A DNA stretch of 64,000 bases from Phoronis australis (lineage: Eukaryota > Animalia > Phoronida). Positions 1 through 13,195 of the stretch are shown here, one piece after another. The position numbers and the translations under genes were made by a program. The stretch's first letter is position 1, and each line of letters opens with the position of its first letter. Below the pieces are notes generated by a model. It worked only from the letters and a program-made list of their open reading frames with translations, did not search any database and was not told where the DNA came from. Location of the stretch: assembly GCA_002633005.1 (NCBI GenBank), contig NMRA01000044.1:1097207-1161206 (forward strand). Reading direction: 5' to 3'.

Positions 1-137
1 GGGGGACTGGACCCCTTTTCCCTTTGACTTTAGTGATATCAAATCTAGAATTTTCAGGTTGGTGACTAGCGCCCTCTTTTAAAAAAATCCTTGGTCCAAG
101 CCCCCCCCCCCTTAAAAAATCCTGGATCCACCCCTGG
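1..137. mobile_element. End of a non-autonomous DNA-transposon-like element (…CCTGGATCCACCCCTG terminus)
   Basis: G/C tracts and a terminus resembling the reverse complement of CAG(G/T)GGCGGATC-type ends; similar left end at 63876. Confidence 0.4.
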
Positions 138-1356
138 AGTGGCTGTAACTGCTTATTGATTGTGGAAAAGTCTGGTCAGTTTAGGACGCAATGTGGTGGG
201 CAAGTAAAATTCCATATTTTATTTTTCCTTTAGTGCTTAACTGTTGTTTGTTTAATTTTTTCAGTTTTTCAGCTTGTTTCTGTAATTTTTGGTTTTCATC
301 TTTTTCTGGGGCGGGGAGAATGTCAAACATGGTTTAGGGATGTTTATAATCAATTATAAAATCAATTACATTTATTGTTTTTAATGACAGACTTGACGTC
401 CAATGCTTAATTCAGGTTTCCTGTTTTGTGTGATTTTCTAAACCTCAAGAATGTATACTAGGAACTATTATTTATTATGCAACTTTCACTCTGTGTGTGT
501 TCAGTCTTTCTTTGTAACCCATCCTCTCTTCCTCTCTTAACCACAATGTATATGTATTTGGGCATGAATCATTTCTTGGAACTTAACAGATGTATGTATC
601 GTGTAGAACTCAGTTTGATTAAATATATCGAAGCATTAAGACGCTCTCTATCAGCTCTCTGCTCAGCACATCGAGCCACCTCATCTAGTTAACCCGCTAA
701 TACCCCACATTTTGGATCCCACACTTTCACCAAAAAATTTGTTCACCTCTTCTACGTAGCTACTACCACTGAGTCAAATAACGTTTTGAGGAAATACATA
801 CATTTACAACAGTTGTAGAAGGTTTAGAAATATGTAAAACGAGCTATTTTGGTAATTTTCTGTTTGAAATTGGTGAGATTTCAGTCTAGTCTTCTATTGA
901 AGAGTACAATGTCAACTGGCCATTCCAGGGAAAAATAGATGTAAGGGAGTTTCCTAACCAGTTCTCCTGCCAGACACATTGGTCTCTCTTTATATAACCA
1001 CAAACCAATTTGTTGTGGTCTGACCAAAGGATACTTATTCAGTTACATAACTGTGTCCTGGCCACAGCAAACAGAGATTGTGTATTCCCTGCTTATTAAG
1101 CTGTTATGATGGTAATTAAGAAAGGCAACAAGATGATCAATAGTCTGTACAGGAGATAGTTCACAGTATAACAGAACTCTGTAGTGTCCAATGCTAATCC
1201 TATTACTGGTACTTCGATATTGATTTTAATACGAATATGAATAAATCAGTAACATTTTTCATGTTATGATTTTGTTCATTATCATAAATATGTTCATCAT
1301 TATTTTTGAGATTGTAATGTTGGTAATTTTTTTGTCTATATCTGACATTTCTTTAG

Positions 1357-1530
1357 GTTTTATCAAGAAAACACCAAAGAACGCACAATAGCTTTTTCAC
1401 TGGAATGGACAGATCTTTTCGGAAAGAATGGGAAAAATTGTTCCATGGATTGCAGTGCTCCTGTTGGCATCTTGTACAGTTACAACTTCAGTGATGTGAT
1501 TATCCCAGACCACATAGACAATGTTCTTTT
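1357..1530 (+). CDS. KDEL/EF-hand gene exon
   Basis: tttag|G ... TT|gtaagt; FYQENTKERTIAFSLEWTDLFGKNGKNCSMDCSAPVGILYSYNFSDVIIPDHIDNVL. Confidence 0.65.
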
Positions 1531-4500
1531 GTAAGTAATTCTGTTCTTCCCAATTCTTTAGTTGCTTTGCATGAAATCAAATGCTAGAATACATTATTCA
1601 TAGTTCACGTTGTCACAAATATTGTTTTCGTCTGCTCTAAGGTTAACACCAATGTTCAGTGTAATGCTCATCCTCAAATGTTCACTACAAACGCCCGTGC
1701 GTAGCTTAACTCCGATCTACTGATTTTTTTAGTTGCCCAGTCACTGGCCATTGATCCGGACGTCAGTACAGTTATCCAAAATCACTCGGCTTGTTTTATA
1801 ACTGGTGAACAGTAAATTATGCGTAAACGAAATAGAAGGTCCTGAAATGTCGATTTTTGTCAAGAACGTTTGACAACATAAAATTTCACTACTGCACTGC
1901 ATTTTGTGTCAAATACTGCTATTAATTAAATGGTAAATAGTTAGATAATTTGTTTTAACCACAAGAACTGGCAGAATTACTAGTTCTCAACAGTGGTCAA
2001 TATTTTAATGCAATTCAATGCCAACAACTCATAACTATAAAACCCAGTACAAATGTGTCTCATATTAGAAATCTTTGGTAAAATAAATAATACAATAAAA
2101 TTTTCATTTAGTACAATAATAGTAACCAGCTGTCGTGTTTTGACGTTTGAAATCCAGGTTTGATGCAGTGCCACCATTTCTCTTAGTGTTTCCATGGTAA
2201 CAGTTGTAGGATACAATAATGATGGCCAACTCTGTCATCTTTTGACGTTTGAAGGCCGGGTTTTATATAATGCCGTCATTTCTTTAAGTGTTACCGTGGT
2301 GACAGTTGTAGGATACACTAATAATAGCCAACTCTTGTCATTTTTCACTTTTGAAAGCTGGATTTTATATAATGCCGTCATTTCTCTAAGTTTTACCATG
2401 GTTGTAGGATACAAGCAGTGCCTTGGCAACAATGAGGTGTTCTCATTTAATTTTGCTGCAAACTGTTACATAACTTTCAATTTTTCTCTGCATTGTGTTC
2501 TAAACTGATTAAACTTTATCCTACAAATTATGAAAACATTTAATAATGGACTGATCAAGTTAAACAGTAGGTGGAACTTTGGCCTACTTTACTTGCAGTT
2601 ACTGATCTAAAACATGTGAACTGATAGGGTGAACTGAATGATACAGAAATGTCTGGAAGCAGTCAATTTAGAGGGGTATGTGCTGCTGAGATGAAGCTGG
2701 CTTGTTCATCATATTGTTATAAATTTGGGATGTCGGTTGTGATTAAGTGGGAATAAAATGGAATTGGAGACCACTATTGTGCTTGACACTCTGACAGTAT
2801 GTTTCACAGCATGGATACTGACTGAGGGGAGTTTAAAATGTTTGCAAAAGGCAGGGACCCCAGCTAACAAACTGAAATTTCGTTTTTCAGAGACTTTCTC
2901 TAAATGACATTTAAATAAGGCATGCATTAAGCCCTCTTTCTGACTAATAGATATGTACATGTCTTGCATCTTTTCATTTTTGTCAAAGTGTAATTCATCG
3001 CCCCAGATTCGAAAGTCCACGCCACGCCGCATTATACGAATTACCGTACACACTTGTTATGATGTCATATGGTAGCAACAAACATAACGGACTGAAATGT
3101 GTATTCCTCAATGAAAAAGTAAAGCCTTAATGTAATTTTCATCAAACCCATTACAATCGTGAGGCAACTGACACGCTAACATTTGACTTTTTGTCACCCC
3201 AACACTATAAGCGCACCTATAAGCCAGACTGTGACTAACCTGTCTTTTCATAAAAGTTAATTAATGCTGCGGAAGAAAACATATTCGCTATAATTTCTGT
3301 CTCTCACCGAAGACGGCTTTAATATTTTCTTTCAATTTTGAAAACGGCCATTTTGTTTGTTTGCCTGATTTGTTCGTCTTTTACTGTGAAACTAGTACGC
3401 TAAACAGAGGTGTTGGTTATGACTGCAATTATCTCATCAAATACACATTTGGCCAAGCCCACGAATAGCGATAAGCTCACTTCATTGTGTGATGGCGCTG
3501 TGAAGTCTGATGTGCCGAGAAATTAGCTGGAGACTGTGGGGTGAGGGATCCATGCATTCTTGCCCCAGTGTGTGCAATTAGAGTTAGCCTATGAGTTGCC
3601 TACAGATGGCTGCATACTTAGAGATTTTTATTTAGTTATAAAATTTCGACCATTGTCATTGTCGGTTACGGAACTGTAACAGTAAGCAATATATTAATGC
3701 TTTCATTTAACTGGCTCGTTATGGGTGCTTGACCATGATTTGTTAACGATTTAATCTCAACTAGCTTAATTCTCAGACCCTGTTCAGAAGAAATCGTTGA
3801 AGTCCATTTGTTGTCATGCCAACATTTTTTCATTAATACAGGTAAAAGCAATATTTTATTGAACCAAGTTGTTACAGGCACTACTTTGCAAATTACATCT
3901 CTGATGGCCGTAAGCTGGATTTTGCTGCTTTTAAAAAGGAACTGAAGAAGTTAAGTTGAATTTATTAGTTATATGACTTTAGAACATCATGTGATTTAGT
4001 TGATATTGGTGATACTGTTGGCCACAAGAGGGCAGGTTAGGCCATGGTTGGTCAGAGAAGTACATTCTTCATGACATCATCGCTTCCTCATCGTTCTATA
4101 CCAAATAAGAAATAAAAAGATTAATTGAAATTGATAGAAGCCTTCCTAAAAACGAGCTTCTTAAAGCCATTGGAAATTTGCTGTTATTGAGTTTTAAATA
4201 TTATTGTCAGCATTGCTTTATTCCTCATGCTGAGCAGTTTACATTATGTGCGTGCAAGAAGATTTTAAAAGTGTGTGGATGTATTGTTGAAACATAATCA
4301 TCGTCATAAATTGTTTATACACAAAGATTTTTTATAAAACCAGTTTTTCCTTATCAATATTGTTGTATCATACTTTACAGGACCCAACGCTGTTGGACAA
4401 TATGACAAAATGGACGAAAGAATACACTGAAATCACTAAAGAGGTAATGAGACTGTTGAGGTACATCTTTGCTTAGTTCACCAAAAAACTTTGTCAAAAT

Positions 4501-7500
4501 CGTCATATTTTCATTTTTCAAAGCCAGATTACTTTGCTGCAAATTATATAAAACCTTTAGTTACCAAATGATTTGTTTTTTACTTATTTTGTGCAAAAAT
4601 TGTCATTTTCCGTGCTACAAATATTGGAAAAAAATTACTGAATGTTGTTTTATGACATTTACACTGTACAAAATATGCTAGTGACGTATTAAAAATTTCT
4701 TAATCTTTATTTTTGTGGAGAAATTTGACAAAATTAAATTTCACTTGTCAGCCATATTGTGTTCTGAATAAATGAAGAATTACATAAGCATTCAAGATGA
4801 CTATAATTAAATGAGAATGCTTTGTGCTAAACTTCAATAATACAGTGTGCATTCTTGCTTTTGGTATACCCTAAACATTCGCACCATCTAAAGTAATGTG
4901 CGTTTTGTCTTTATTGAACAGCTGTTTGAGGTTCTGGATGTCAACAAGGACAAAGAGTTCAGTGACAATGATTTGGAAGTTTTGACGCCTCAGGTTTGAG
5001 TCATTGTGACATAATTTTATCACCATCTTGTAATGTAAGAAATATGTTTTGGTGCATTGGTTAAGAATTTTGATTTGGTTAATTATATCATGGATTATGT
5101 ATTTAAAAATTCTAGTTCATTTCACTGGTGACCTTAAATGTGGTCAATGACCGAGTAACAGCATAATATGATGATATTGTGTCTCTTATTTCAATTTGTT
5201 TTGTGGTCATAGCAAGTCAGGTCTGGTGGAAAGTTCCTGAATAGAATTGCACAACCAAGAATTCCTTGGAATGTGTTGTGTTGTACACAAACCTTGGTAT
5301 AATTTTTATACATGCTGGTTGACGATACAAATTCAGTGGCATCCATGATTTTGCCAAAAGAAATTTCCTTTTGCTGTGGCACTATCAAATCCTGAAGGCG
5401 TTTTTTACCGGTGTTCCCCTGAACCACCATAGGCTTGCCAATGATATCTTGGTTTAACTTTGTGTGCAAGATTCTAAATCTGAACAGCCGAGGTCAATCT
5501 GTGGTCGATTTCAGCTGCTTAAGGAACTGAAGGGCCTGTTGGAAGACCGAGTGGAAGACTATGAGGACATCATGATTGACCAACAGGAAGAGAAACAGCT
5601 GGTAGGAATGTCTTATTTATAAGTAGCTGAATGTTAAGAATCATTCTGGGCTTGGCTATTCAAAACCCATAATGGGTAACAAAGTGATTATCTTCCCTGT
5701 CAGGACCATGAACCTTTTGTTAGGCTGTGTTAACTTACACAGGGCAACTGGGGGAGTAGTATTTTAAGAGCAGGGTTCACAAAGAACTGCGTCCACTGAT
5801 CTTGCATGTCAGTTTCAAAAGGCCTAGTGCGCGTAAAGGATCCCCAATGTTTTAAAAGTGTCTGAAAAATTCTAATCCACTTTGCAGACTAGTTTCCCCC
5901 TCCAAGATCAAAATGATTTCTGATTATGGTGAAGTAAAATTTCACCATTTCGGGACAAAGGTAATTTGCCAAAAAAAGGACTTTTGATTTTCAAAGATGA
6001 AAACTCAGACACCTCAGTTTACAAAGAGAAGGGTCAAGATTCGTGCACAAAAGAAATATGGGTACAGTTATAGCTCTGTAACTGAGTTTGTGTAATCTGA
6101 CTGGTATAAATCTGTAGTGAACTGATTCATTTGAGCAAACACCAATTACATACTATCCTGAGCACAGCCTAGCAATAGTTAATGGCATTCTTATGCTGGG
6201 CATGTAATGACTCAAGGATAATGCAGAGCTGCAGGAATCTTGCATTGAAATTTACCCACAGTGTGCAGAATGTTACAAGGAAGTGTAATGCCTGCAATTT
6301 CTCAAAACACTGTTTGAAGAAAGCTGCAGTAAAAAACTTAAAATGATAAAGCATTCGACGTGATAGTTATCTCTTGAAAAAATTTTTTAAAAATTTCAAA
6401 TTCTAGCATGACTGGTGTTTTTTTCATCTACAGCATTAGTTGATGTTGAGTAGGGCATGTTTTTGTTTGATGAATGCTTAATTAGCATTTAGTTATTTTG
6501 TTATTTGTTGAATATTTTGCAACTGTAAGTTAAGGTGTTGGTGGCAGAACGAAAATATAAGATACCCACTCTCGTGAATCTTTAGAGTTTGTTTTGTTGC
6601 CATGATTTTAATGTACTGTTTTGATTTTTAAAATTTTCATGTCAGTTTTTGCATTATCATTATACCTGTAATGATTATTAGGTTCATGTAGCAATAAGGT
6701 AAAATAGGAAATTGCCAATTTTAAACAAGAATAAAACTAATTTGCAGCTGATAAAATAGCTGTTGAACCATTCGGTGAACTTTTCTTCAGCGCAATAGAA
6801 TTGTGTACTTTTAAAGTAAACTCAACTTGTTAATTTAAAAGCTCTCATCCTGCCCATGTGACATTTAGAACTTAAAGTGCTTGCAAACCTGACTCATAAC
6901 AAAACTTATTTTTTTATTTTTGACCACGTACCAGAATTATGAAATTCGTTTCAAATTGTTTCTTAATCAAATTAGAGGTGAGAGAGTTTCCTTATTGCTT
7001 TAGACTGTGCTGTGCAAGTTGGCGTGATAGCCGCTTTTGTTTTATGCTCTGGGCATTGTGTCAAGAGATAACGAACCGTCAATAATTAGCAAGCCCTCCT
7101 CGGACAGTGGGAACTATCAAGTTGAGAACAATTTTACTTAGCAGTAAAGTGGTCTAATTTAAAAGTTGCTCTTTGTTGGAACACATGTTCATATCTGCAT
7201 TGAGGTTCTAAAATGGTACTGTCTGTGACTTAAAAGTTATATAATAACGGTGTACAATAATAAACTTTCAACAGGAGGCAGAAAAGGAAGCTAAAAGGAA
7301 AATGGTGGCTGACCGCTACATTAAGAGCTTGGAAAATGTGGTCAAGGAAACCATTGATGAAGTAAAGAAGGATCCCGAGGGCATAAAAGAAGAAAGTAAG
7401 TATAAAAAGGTTTGGATGTGAATGATCAGGATATGTTGGACTTAACACCAGCTCCATCTAGTGTATGGACACGCAACCAGTTTATTTCCGATTCGGAAAA

Positions 7501-8981
7501 TTAAGTTAAAGCCAACCAATTTCAGCTTGTCGCGCTTTGAGGCTTGAGCAGTTTTAAAGACATTTGCTTCTAGTCCAGAAAATTTGGAATAATCTGAGTT
7601 AGAGATCTAAGTATAATCAACATGAATTTTGTAGCAGTAAGAGGCTGATTAAAAAGTTGTTGTTTTTGACATCAAAATCTCTGAACTAGGTCAGTGGGTC
7701 GATCTTCTCTACTTCTTTATCTGAACTAACCCATTATCATCATATTTTTGGTGACGGTAAAATCTCATCAATTTCAGACAAAAATAATTGCTGGGTTGCA
7801 AAAAGTTTCATTGTTGCATGATGTGTCAATTTCATTGGGTTGAACAATTACAACATGACGCACAGATAATGCGATGTCATTGTTGCTACGCAGCGTATAA
7901 ATTTATGTAAACGGGCCTTTATTTTTAAAGAGCACCGCTATTTCTCAGAATTATTGACATATGATTGCTTGTATGTCGTAGACATTTAAAAATGGCGCAA
8001 CATTGATAATGGTCATTTATTGAAAAAAAGTGAAATTTCACTTGCCGGCCATATCGTGTCCTAGATTTATGTTTGATAGTTTTGGTGTCTTACTGCTTGG
8101 GATGTCTAATTCAAGACGTACAGTTTATCTTAAGACGTTGAAATTAGTTTCGAAAATATGTACTTTTCAATTCACAGGACTTCCACGGCAAATCCCATTT
8201 ATCGTAATCTATGTTGCAGAGTAAAACAAGAGGAGGATTGGGAATATTGTCATTTATTATGACGTAAATAGATAAAACTAACTAAGACTCTGTAAGATGG
8301 GCATGGACAAAACGCAAAACAAAGCACTGCCTGAAGGGCTTAAAGGAAAAATACAGAACATGAACACAAAACTTGAAAAAACCTAACAGGAAATGTATAT
8401 GAGCAAAGAGAAAGTGGAACCGACACCCGGGATGGGGGGTGGGGAAAAAATGAAGAGAACGAACGTAGGTCTTGTAGACGACGAGGTAGGTGGCTGAATG
8501 AGAGACCACGTTGAACTGAACAAAGGAAATATGGGCGACCAATCAGGAGTCGCGTAGAGAAACGTATGAATACAAAAGTAGGCCCTTGAGGCTATAAATA
8601 GAGATGAGTAATGCAAAATAAACCCTAATGACGATAAATGCATTTAACAAGTTAAATTTAATATCTTGTCTCAAAATTTTAACTCTTCAGTCAACTGCAA
8701 AACTTTGAATTGTAGTGAGAAAGGCTCAAGAGAAAGCTGCCGCAAAACTCACATCTACACTCGAAGAAAAGTTCAAACAGGCCGGAGATAGCTATGACGC
8801 AGATCTTAAAGAGATGATGAAACAATTTAAAGGGCTGGTGGAGAGTGCCGAAGAAGCAGACAAACTGATGAAGGATTTAGAGGGGCGAGTAAAGGAAGGG
8901 GAGGGCGACAGTAGCGCTAGTGAGAAAAGGCACACCAGAGCCTCTGACAAGGAAAGTCCTTTAAAAAAGGACGAACTGTAG
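1357..8981 (+). CDS. ER-luminal EF-hand protein with C-terminal KDEL (3' exons of a multi-exon gene; possible degenerate JmjC/cupin protein)
   Basis: Exons 1357-1530, 4381-4443, 4922-4993, 5515-5601, 7275-7395, 8716-8981 with AG/GT ends; EF-hand-like DVNKDKEFSDND; ends SPLKKDEL*. The last five exons join in frame; the first junction has a phase mismatch. Confidence 0.75.
2113..2414. repeat. Tandem repeat, about 100 bp x3
   Basis: Recurrent ...acagttgtaggatacaataat...ttttgacgtttgaa...aatgccgtcatttct. Confidence 0.85.
4381..4443 (+). CDS. KDEL/EF-hand gene exon
   Basis: ttacag| ... GAG|gtaatg; DPTLLDNMTKWTKEYTEITKE. Confidence 0.6.
4922..4993 (+). CDS. KDEL/EF-hand gene exon (EF-hand)
   Basis: aacag| ... 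CAG|gtttga; LFEVLDVNKDKEFSDNDLEVLTPQ. Confidence 0.75.
5515..5601 (+). CDS. KDEL/EF-hand gene exon
   Basis: tttcag| ... CTG|gtagga; LLKELKGLLEDRVEDYEDIMIDQQEEKQL. Confidence 0.75.
5772..5906 (+). repeat. Interspersed repeat, second copy at about 33198-33331
   Basis: cagggttcacaaagaactg...cttgcatgtca.tttcaaaa...ccccctccaag in both. Confidence 0.75.
7275..7395 (+). CDS. KDEL/EF-hand gene exon
   Basis: caacag| ... A|gtaagt; EAEKEAKRKMVADRYIKSLENVVKETIDEVKKDPEGIKEE. Confidence 0.8.
8196..8662 (+). repeat. Interspersed repeat shared with 57925-58247, blocks in swapped order
   Basis: Near-identical blocks caaaggaaatatgggcgaccaatcagg... and atgttgcaga.taaaacaagaggaggattg... Confidence 0.85.
8716..8981 (+). 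CDS. KDEL/EF-hand gene last coding exon
   Basis: tgtag|TG in phase with previous exon; MRKAQEKAAAK...SPLKKDEL*. Confidence 0.85.
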
Positions 8982-10242
8982 TTTTTGCACCTTACATTTA
9001 CTTATGAAGTCAGTGACATGAAAATAATATAGTATGGCGTTTATTTAGTTATGTTGCACAAAAATAATTACAAAATTCTTATTTTTCATTTTTTGACAAA
9101 GATTACCTTCTTGCTACGAAAAGAAAATTTTCTTTGCCAGTTGTTTTGCAACAGCTCTAATACTAACAGTGCACTTGGATGAAGATTTTAAATACACAGC
9201 TGTTGGGAACTTTCACAAATTAATGAAATATTTGATGCCAAATAAGCATATTTACTATACCCAGTAGATACGGTTTCCAGTGATGTCATACCTCTTCATT
9301 ATTTTAGTTGTGGTGTTGGACTGAATTATTTCATTAGGACAAAGGGCTTCTTACTGTCTCATGTTTTTGAGTTAATTACTTTGAGATCCTTATCCATGAA
9401 AGATTGTTTATTGTTCTCTTTTTTAAGTATTGGTGTTGGATTGCTTGGGTATTTGGTATAAAGACAGCTGGAAGGCAAGATCTGATGTTTGGTTTTGTTC
9501 ACCTTATTCAACATACAGTGAACACGTGATATTGAACTATTTGAGACCGATTTTGATTCATTCTTAAATAAATAAGTATATGGTAAATCTCTTATTTCGC
9601 ACACAAATAATGGCTAAAGTGGCCATTTTTCAATTTTCATTTGGCCTTTTTGAAAAAATGGAAATTTTGGTAAATGTTGTTTTATTAAATCTACACATTA
9701 CAATCCATGCTTGTAAAATACTAAAATGTTCTTAATCTTTACTTCTGTAGAGAAATCTAATAAAATAGAATTTCACTTTTCCGCCATGCTGCGTGCTAAA
9801 TAAGAGATCATTACAGTATAAATCTTTTCTGTAATTTGAATTTTTCTTTTTCATAGGGAAATATGTAAAGTCGTGAAAATATTGCTTTTATTAACATTGC
9901 ACAACGTTTCACAAGACAGTAATAGTTACCTTACCATGAATACCATAAATACCAGTATAAAGTGGCCACATGTACATTATACTAAACTAGTGCCAACATC
10001 CGTTAGTATGCTGTATCAAGACTTAGCTTTCCATATAAAATGCTGCTAAGACCTAGAAAAAATGTCTTGGCAATCCACAACACCAGTAAACGGGTGTATG
10101 CCTAAATGGCTATTTATAAACAAAATCCTCCAATTTCAAATTCTGTGCTTTAGTGAAAAGAAAATGTTTTCCTCATCTTCAACTTTTAAATGTACAGTGA
10201 AACATTACCTCATTAACTGCGTCACATCTCTCCTAATTCACC

Positions 10243-10410
10243 TATCGCATGATTTTGAGTGACAACTTAACTGACCAATCACAACGTAGCATTTTTGACA
10301 CACCTTCGTTTCCAAGCCGCCATTTTACCCGACAAACAACACATCAGGTAAAACTTATTGTTTGTTTGTCGACTCTTCGCAAGGGGGCGGACCTTGCGAT
10401 AGGTCAATTA
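10243..10410. repeat. Interspersed repeat; inverted copy at 57513-57682
   Basis: tttccaagccgccattttacccgacaaacaa = reverse complement of ttgtttgtcgggtaaaatggcggcttggaaa; collinear flanks. Confidence 0.8.
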
Positions 10411-12991
10411 CTAACCACGAGATAAATTCACTTCATCAAAAATCTAGATAAAATGCTAATAACATCTTTAAGGCAGTGAGCTTGATTTATTTACAATAAT
10501 CAAGCGCCAAAAATGTTGATAACTGTCAAAAACAGTGTCTGACGTTCACAGTAGCAAAAATTCATTGTAAAGGTCATTACAAAAAGGTCAAATACCAAAA
10601 TTAGTTGAATTGTGTAACAATCCTCACCATTTTGGGAGGGAATAACTAGTCCACGTAGCAGCTAAGAATTTTACGGATGGTTGTAAATCATCGGTGTCAA
10701 TCACCCACAGTAGGCTTTTTGAAATTTACATGCATGGTCGGCGAACGTAATTCTTTGTCAACCCTGTTTTTAGTCACACAACATTCCCATTTGACCTCTG
10801 TAAGTGAACTCAGCTTAACAATGGGTTTTGGTCCTGACCGAGAAGATAATTTTTACTACCCCCTATTAGTTCTGAATACCCCAGCCTCAAATGGCCTGGA
10901 TATTTCTAAAAAGTTCATTATAACCGAAATTCACTGTAATCACCTCAATTTGTATGAGGTAAAATTGGCTTGAGGCTTGTTGAATGGAACGATATACCGG
11001 TAAGCAAAAAACATGGACAAGGTTTGTTGTAAAATGGTCTGACTGTTCACAAAGAGTTTCATCAAAAAATATCCAGCACTAAATTTGAAATGTTAGAATC
11101 ACTTAACAGAACATACTCCCGTTTCAGCAGGGCCACTTCAATCATTTTTAAGCAAACCCCGATATATTACACAGTGATGCGTACTCCAAAATGAACTATT
11201 TATTTGCAACATAAACCCATCAAATTTATTAGTTATCTCATTTTGCAATGACCCTTCATATGAATCTAGATAATGCTGTTTATCAGGTAAATTGTTTCAA
11301 AATAAAGTCTGTTGGCAAGACAATGCCCTTCAACCACATATATATCTAGAAAAATTAGACATTATGGTAGATTGCTTTGGGTAGATTTGACAAAAACACA
11401 CTTTTATGGATGTACAGCACAAACACATTTTTATGTTTTCATAACACGCAATAATACTGACTAACAGAATATTTACACCAATTTTGCTTTTAATCTAGCC
11501 AAAAAGGCAGAGCAAAATGACTAAAACTACAAATTACACCACATGTTCAATTTACTATTAACATACTTTGAACATAAATTGTCCACTCTCACAACTGGAG
11601 ATACAGCGAGCTTCAAAATACCATACTCGTATTTTTTACAATTTTCAGAGATTGCGCCAACATTTAAAATCACAGTTTACTAGCAAACAACTGGTCAGCT
11701 GATACCTTAAATCCGTTCTTCAACTGCCATCTTGAATATAACCCGACATGTATTACTGTAAAAATTGTTTACAAAACGAATCTAGACACAATTATGGACT
11801 TCTTCAATCCTGGCTCGTTATTAACTTCTCCAACGTCTGCCACAACACAGTTCTAAATACACCACATTTCCTCCCCCTGCATTGGCACAATTGACCTTTT
11901 TACGGATAGCAAAAATCAATACGTGTGCATCCCAGATCATAGAGTTATGGGATACAGATCCTGTAATCCAGAAGTGTGGAACAGATGACCGTCTAGTCGG
12001 TAAACAAGCAGTTGATTTTGGATCATGCTACCTGTGGAAATTCTGGTCACTTGAAATATTACTAAAATGAAGCAATCTCTGTGGACTATATGCCTTTGTC
12101 TACAACCACAATCGCATGATCCTGTGGATACAACCACGTCTCTTGCTATCCGGCAAAAGGGTAAATACAATGTATACCATCCTTTATACAAACACTCCTG
12201 ACTATACCACACCTGACCATCACACCCTGAATAGAGCCACATATCTCTGTGAAGGCAAATCATTAAATATTATCAAAACTGTACAATTCTTTTACTTTGA
12301 TCCAACTTTTACTTAACTATTGCATAACACAGAAGCGTCTAGAAAACAACTCGTCAAGACCTTGAAAGTGGTCAGTTTGACACTTAAGCGCTTGCTCGGA
12401 CTGCGTTTTACACGTCGGTACAAAATCTGCCGAGCGCTTTCAAAAACTTCCATGACATGTTCGCTGCATATCACATGATATATTTATCACTGACTCTTCT
12501 CTCTACAACATGCATATCACTGAACAAGCCACGTCCCCTAGGCCATCAGTGTCGTGATCCCGTAGTCATTTTATGTCACCGAGTTAACAGGCTTAAAAAA
12601 ATTGGCCAATCGTGTGTAATGATGGTTTGTTTCAATACTGTTGACTCCAACAAAAGACTAGCTGTGAACAGACGACTGGTTTAGTCACAACGCAAAATGG
12701 CTATGATAGGGACTACGAGGATTATAAGTTGGACACGATTTTATCACAAATTTCTGTAGGTTAGTCCACCAAAAGAACAAAAACATCTCGATTCATTAAG
12801 CTAATTTTTATGAGTGTGAAGTCTCATGCAGTGTGCCAAACAAAGACTTGTGGTTTGCTCAGAAAATTCAATCATCCTGAGTAGTTGAGCTAGCTGGCTG
12901 GCTACTCGGTACGTTCTCTTGCGACCAAATTGCGTTGCGACTCGGCTATTCATTGCTCACAACATGAGATGGGTCTACACACTTGTAGCCA

Positions 12992-13195
12992 CTACAGTTG
13001 GGTATTCGTCTGAGAGTCACTAGTCATGCTCATGTTCTCTTCGTCTGTGTCCCTGTCATGGGCGGATGGCTGGGGGGGCTGCTGTAGCTCGGGAGGGGGT
13101 GGCGGGAAGTCAGCCGGCTCAAACACAACACTCTTGTACCTATCCTGCCACAGTTTCTGCTTTCGTTTCTCTTCAGCACGTCGACGCGAGTACTC
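12992..13195 (-). CDS. ITPR: ITPR-like last coding exon
   Basis: ttctag|EYSRRRAEEKRKQKLWQDRYKSVVFEPADFPPPPPELQQPPQPSAHDRDTDEENMSMTSDSQTNTQL*. Confidence 0.8.
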   Translation of the reverse strand, partial: EYSRRRAEEKRKQKLWQDRYKSVVFEPADFPPPPPELQQPPQPSAHDRDTDEENMSMTSDSQTNTQL

